Shown here in pieces: positions 24,223 to 25,956 of a stretch of DNA of 25,956 bases. Position numbers and translations under genes: made by a program. Within the stretch, counting starts at the first letter, position 1, and each line of letters begins with the position of its first letter. Source of the stretch: a virus (taxonomy: Duplodnaviria > Caudoviricetes); the IMG/VR virus record IMGVR_UViG_3300031184_000008, positions 1 through 25,956 of that record; one strand, given 5' to 3'. The notes below the pieces were generated by a model. It was given only the letters and a program-made list of their open reading frames with translations. It did not search any database and was not told the DNA's origin.

Positions 24223-24756
24223 ATGGCGACCACGATCACGGAAGCACTCGCAGAACTGAAGACCCTGACCGCGCGCATCGGCAAGAAGCGCGAGTTCGTC
24301 ACCGGGATTCTCGGGCGGCAGGAGGCGTTCAAGGATCCGCACGAGAAGGACGGCGGCTCGCGCGGCCTGATCGAGCGCGAGCGGCAGGCAATCGGCGATC
24401 TCGAAACCCGCGTCGTCGCGATCCGCTCGGCGATCCAGTTGGCGAACCGCTCGAACCAGATCACGGCCGGCGAGAAGACCAAGAGCATCAACGACTGGCT
24501 CACGTGGCGCCGCGACGTCGCCCCCGAGCAGAAGCGCTTCCTCGCCACGATCCAGAGCCACGTCGGGAAGATCCGTCAGAACGCGCAGACCAAGGGGCTC
24601 GCGGTCAACGCGGGCGAGACAGCGAAGCCGACCGACGTCGTCATCAACGTCGACGAGTACGCGTTGGCGAAGGAGATCGAGGCGCTCGAAGAAATCCTCG
24701 GGCACTTGGACGGGCAGCTTTCACTGAAGAACGCGACCATCACGATCGAGGTCTAG
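24223..24756 (+). CDS. DIP1984-like helical protein (177 aa)
   Basis: TITEALAELK...IRSAIQLAN...SINDWLTWRRD...LAKEIEALEE..LDGQLSLKNATITI follows the DIP1984 pattern (LAEAL, I..xN, LD..IQ.xN); GGAGG SD. Confidence 0.7.
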   Translation: MATTITEALAELKTLTARIGKKREFVTGILGRQEAFKDPHEKDGGSRGLIERERQAIGDLETRVVAIRSAIQLANRSNQITAGEKTKSINDWLTWRRDVAPEQKRFLATIQSHVGKIRQNAQTKGLAVNAGETAKPTDVVINVDEYALAKEIEALEEILGHLDGQLSLKNATITIEV

Positions 24757-24758
24757 CG

Positions 24759-25115
24759 ATGATCGAGGGCTTGAAGATTGGCGTCACGGGTAGCGAGCTT
24801 CGGGAGCGTCTTCTGCGGCGCGTCGAGTGGCACCGCAAGCGGGCCGAGGCGAACGAACAGAAGCGCGCGGCGATCGTGGGCGCGGGCGTCGAGGCGCGCG
24901 GCCGGCTCGAAGCCGAGGACATGGACGACGTCGAGATCGACGAACTGTTGAGCAATACCCAAGTCTACGCGCGGGGCACCGCGCGCGAGTACGTCGGCAA
25001 GATCATGCACAGCCGCCGCCGGGCTGATGCGCTTCAGTTCTTCGCCGAGCACGTCGAGGTGACGGAAAAGTACCTGCTGACCGAACGCGAGTTGACGGAG
25101 TTCGAGATTCTATAA
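24759..25115 (+). CDS. Hypothetical coiled-coil protein (118 aa)
   Basis: ATG 2 nt after the upstream stop; MIEGLKIGVTGSELRERL... Confidence 0.75.
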   Translation: MIEGLKIGVTGSELRERLLRRVEWHRKRAEANEQKRAAIVGAGVEARGRLEAEDMDDVEIDELLSNTQVYARGTAREYVGKIMHSRRRADALQFFAEHVEVTEKYLLTERELTEFEIL

Positions 25116-25350
25116 GGACACGCGCGCCTTGGCAGGCGAATCGGGAGAAGCACGAGCGACCTAGTACCGCACTTGAAAATGCGGTGGCACTTGGAGCCAC
25201 TTGAAGTACGACGAAGAAGGTCAGGGCTCACACGGTCAAACGCTCGGATGCTCACACGATCACCAGTTCACGGCTTACAAGCTCGACCAAAATCCCGCAG
25301 TGCCGAGATGTGCCGCTGAGAGGCGGCCGGCGCCCAGCGCTCATCGGGCG
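25116..25350 (+). ncRNA. Candidate structured ncRNA with phased short-repeat array
   Basis: ~290-bp gap in a tightly packed arm; closing helices 25128-34/25301-07 and 25142-46/25293-97; nine GNTCA/G units at 25219-25285; three CACTTG copies; GNRA hairpin at 25312-25327. Confidence 0.6.
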
Positions 25351-25405
25351 TTCCCATCGGGCGGGCAGCATGTTCGAGGCACGCGCCACTTTTCAACGCG
25401 GAGGC

Positions 25406-25714
25406 ATGATGGACGAAACGATCGCCGTACAGGTGGCGCGCGGCGCCGAGTGGCTCGATGCGGTGGCGCCGGGCTGGGAGCACAAGGTCAACACGACGGC
25501 ACTCGACATGGACCACAACTGCGTCATCGACCAAGCCCTCCCCGCGGGGGGCTGGACGAAGATTTATGTCGAGAGCGGGCCGGGCTGGGTCGTGAAGCAC
25601 GGGTTCGGATCGCGTGGCCGCGACGAGTGGATCGCGACGATCGAAGCACGGCGCGCGGAGCAGCGCACGCCGCTCGAAGTGCACGCTGAAGCGGAGGTGG
25701 TTCATCATGGGTAG
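25406..25714 (+). CDS. Phage hypothetical protein (~102 aa)
   Basis: VARGAEWLD...PGW...LDMDHNCVIDQ pattern; GGAGG SD. Confidence 0.72.
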   Translation: MMDETIAVQVARGAEWLDAVAPGWEHKVNTTALDMDHNCVIDQALPAGGWTKIYVESGPGWVVKHGFGSRGRDEWIATIEARRAEQRTPLEVHAEAEVVHHG

Positions 25715-25956
25715 CGGATCCTTCGACCCGAAGGCGTATGCGGCGTACACCCGAACGACGACCGGCAAGAGCACGGCCGACCTCTACACCGCCGGCACGC
25801 TCCACGCCGACCTCAACCCCCGGGGCGTCGCCATGCGCGAGAGCCGCGACAGCACCGACAACCCGCAGAGCACGCCGGTCATTGTCGCGCTGGACGTGAC
25901 CGGCAGCATGGGGATGCTGGCGGACGTGATCGCGCGCAGCGGGCTCGGCGTGCTGT
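25707..25956 (+). CDS. VWA (MIDAS) domain protein, truncated by window edge
   Basis: Hand translation MGSGSFDPKAY...RESRDSTDNPQSTPVIVALDVTGSMG; DxTGS MIDAS motif. Confidence 0.8.
   Translation, partial: MGSGSFDPKAYAAYTRTTTGKSTADLYTAGTLHADLNPRGVAMRESRDSTDNPQSTPVIVALDVTGSMGMLADVIARSGLGVL

Larger units (their letters stand above)
1..25956. mobile_element. Tailed dsDNA phage/prophage genome fragment (SU10/DUF5309-type head module); both ends lie outside the window
   Basis: Terminase, portal, scaffold and capsid in canonical order; replication initiator; divergent arm of small early genes with ArdC, Lar-like and XRE genes. No host housekeeping gene, integrase or att site seen. Confidence 0.95.

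Noticed and set aside
25219-25285. Repeat array as CRISPR or TIGR-like guide array
   Set aside because: Units are 5 nt with 2-3 nt spacers, far too short to carry guides; no cas or Nop-domain gene seen.
25201-25689. Track ORF of 162 aa (TTG start) across the candidate RNA
   Set aside because: Out of frame with the better-supported 25406..25714 gene; the 7-8 nt periodicity is not codon-compatible.
1-25956. tRNA, integrase/att, lysis genes, reverse transcriptase/DGR, stop-codon recoding
   Set aside because: No cloverleaf or diagnostic motifs seen by eye; TAA, TAG and TGA all end genes normally.

Overview
The whole window is a fragment of a GC-rich tailed dsDNA phage (or prophage) with two divergent arms around a ~800-bp non-coding region (16529-17325). 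The left arm (minus strand, mostly coupled by ATGA/GTGA/TAATG overlaps) runs from a replication initiator with internal iterons, through small ORFs, a DUF4254-like protein, an FkbM methyltransferase and two GT-A glycosyltransferases, to a TerS-like protein, large terminase, NDP-sugar C-methyltransferase, GT9-like transferase, portal, scaffold, SU10/DUF5309-type major capsid and a GT-B glycosyltransferase cut by the left edge. The right arm (plus strand) is an early/accessory region: small ORFs, ArdC-like antirestriction protein, XRE regulator, Lar-like protein, PD-(D/E)XK nuclease, pentapeptide-repeat protein, DIP1984-like protein and a VWA protein cut by the right edge. The main candidates are: (1) a ~200-nt structured non-coding element with nine phased GNTCA/G units just downstream of the DIP1984-like gene pair; (2) six glycan-building/methylating enzymes interleaved with head genes; (3) host-type cis sites, namely a parS palindrome overlapping a promoter, a DnaA box and a sigma54/IHF-type promoter. 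Family assignments come from motif recognition by eye; no searches were run.
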